64,000 nucleotides of DNA from Camelus ferus (Eukaryota), in the NCBI RefSeq assembly GCF_009834535.1, contig NC_045696.1, positions 98,396,001 through 98,460,000 of the forward strand, in the 5' to 3' direction. A program made the position numbers and the translations under genes. The notes beneath the pieces are model-generated. The model saw nothing but the letters and a program-made list of their open reading frames with translations, ran no database searches and was not told where the DNA came from. Of the stretch, positions 62,098 to 64,000 are shown piece after piece (positions within the stretch are counted from its first letter, which is position 1; each line of letters starts with the position of its first letter).

Positions 62098-63034
62098 TAG
62101 TCCCCTTAGTAGCACAGAATTCTCTAATAATAAAATTCTCACTACTCACATCTCCCTTTAGCAACACGTCTCATGATTTATTATCACTCCTGAGCTTCAG
62201 CGTTTTTATACATACAGTTCACCTATTCCCTCAGGTAGCCATTCGGAATATACATGAAGTCAAGGCTGCCGCAGCTTGCCCAGCCTTCCCAGCACACTCT
62301 CTCATCTTTGGGACTTCCCTTACTCCTCCCGAATGAGGCAGAGACATTACTTCATCACAAACTTCTTCAACCTGCGTATTTATTTTTCCTAGTCCTGATT
62401 CAATTTCCTGAAACACAAGTGCAGCTCTGTCCTGGAAGTGCCTTGTCCATTAGAAGACCTTACCATGGAAGTGAATTCTTTTTCTGCTTCTCCTACTCAA
62501 GATGCAAGGAGGCATCCTTATTCCTTGCTGCCTCTTCCAGATGGTGTTCTACCACCACCATCTAAAACTCCCTCTTCTCTCGACGTTGATGACATCTGGT
62601 CGTTACTTTCCTCTTCCCATTCTTGACATGATCGGTTTGCTTCTAAGACCACACCTTCATGTTTTTTATTTTCTTTATCATTTTATTCTTCTGACTTGCA
62701 GGGATTGTGTCTCCCAGAGATTTTATTGTCCATGTAGCAGTCATCGGGCAAACTAGTTTCACCTTCAACACCGATGGCCTCCATTGTCATGAGCCCAGAG
62801 CCTCCCTTGAGCATGATGACACTTGTAACCTGGGAATTCCTTGGAACTGACTGGATGGAAGAGGATGCTCTCTAAGTTTCTACTCTGTGCTCCACGCTTC
62901 TTCCCTTCCAACTTTTCCCCTTCCTTTATTCTTTCCTCAGCCTGTCCTTCGCTTTTATCTGACTCTTTGTCTCTCACTTTCTCTGTTCTCTCCATATTTT
63001 AGTCTCTTCTTGAGTCTTTATGAATGCTGTAGAG

Positions 63035-63228
63035 CAGTGCTTCTCAAACTATCTGTGAGATGCAGTTTTTATTTCCAAACCTGCGGTCAACTGATACTTT
63101 AGTAAAATACAATAATATGAGTTATTTTGGAATTAAAAATAAAAAAACAAGACACTACTAAATACAAAGCAAACATTTTATTATAAGATTCAACAGACAA
63201 AATTATATTTCAATAAATGTGCTTATTT
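63035..63228. mobile_element. hAT-Charlie DNA transposon end (MER119-like)
   Basis: CAGTGCTTCTCAAACTATCTGTG...GATACTTTAGTAAAATACAAT...AGATTCAACAGAC. Confidence 0.6.
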
Positions 63229-63233
63229 CTTCT

Positions 63234-63799
63234 TGTGATAGGCTGGATTCTAAAATGGCTCCTGTGGTTCCTGCTCCCTGAAATACACATCTTTTTATAA
63301 TGCCATCCTTTTGAGTGATTTACTTCTAACCAGTAGAAGGTGGCAAAGGTGGAAGGATTGCTTAAATGTATCTAAGGTCCCTAACCAATTGACTTCGAGT
63401 TAGTCCAAAGGGAGATTGTCCCCTGCAGGCCTGACTTAATTATGCGAATCCTTTAAAAGAGGGTCTATGCCTTCTCTGAAATAAGATCCTGGAAACAGCA
63501 GATACTCCTGCCCTTGCTGGCTTTGAAGAAGCAAGCTGCCATGAATTAAACAGCTGCAAGGAAGTGAATCCTGCCAACAACCTGAAGAAACTTGGAAGTG
63601 GATCCTTCCCCAGTCAAGCCTCCCAATGAGAATGCAGCCCAGCTACCACTTTGATTTCAGCTTTGTGAAACCCTGAGCAGAGTACTCAGCAAAGCCACGG
63701 CCAAACTTCTGACCTACAGAGACTAGAGATAACACGTGTGTGTTGTTTAAGCCACTAGGTTTGCAGTAACCTGTTATGCAGCAATAGAAGACTAATATA
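63234..63799 (+). mobile_element. MaLR solo LTR (MLT1E-like)
   Basis: TGTGATAGGCTGGATTCTAAAATGGCTCC...CTGGCTTTGAAGAAGCAAGCTGCCATG...GCAGCAATAGAAGACTAATATA; perfect 5-bp TSD CTTCT (63229-33 / 63800-04). Confidence 0.88.
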
Positions 63800-64000
63800 C
63801 TTCTTTTCCTTCAATTTCCACATTTGCTCTTCAACTAAGTTCTGTCTCTTCTGCCTATATAACGTTTCTTATTTCCATCTTTCATCTTCTAATCACTACC
63901 TGCTTTGGTTCGGAATCTCATTTATTCTCTTTTCTATCACTGGAATGGTGTTTTAATGGTCTCTGTCCTCTCCAGCTCACTCTAAGAACCACTGGGACCA

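Overview
Mammalian genomic DNA, AT-rich and repeat-rich, almost certainly camelid (camel/alpaca/llama): it carries a vic-1-type tRNA-derived SINE at 48370-48491. It looks intronic or intergenic, and I could not identify any intact host protein-coding exon. Nearly all ORFs in the supplied track are chance, antisense or repeat-derived. The recognisable coding remnants are (i) a ~945-bp fragment of MED15 mRNA (last 63 codons plus 3'UTR, minus strand) inserted into an old L1 without poly(A) or TSD; (ii) a ~4.95-kb disrupted young LINE-1 (ORF1 3' part, long spacer, ORF2) inserted antisense, with a 10-bp TSD, into a fragment of a closely related L1; and (iii) a decayed LTR16/ERVL provirus with RT and RNase H remnants and an internal inversion. 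The rest is MIR/L2/L1M/MaLR/DNA-transposon relics, a MER41-like ERV1 solo LTR, microsatellites and TE-poor stretches that may be regulatory. I see no convincing evidence of a new biological system. The best leads are the atypical MED15 capture, a splice-acceptor/Kozak-AUG module in the L1 inter-ORF spacer that can read into ORF2, an 18-nt microexon candidate and an orphan insertion splitting a MER5A. Repeat family names are by eye and from memory of consensus sequences and need RepeatMasker/Dfam confirmation.
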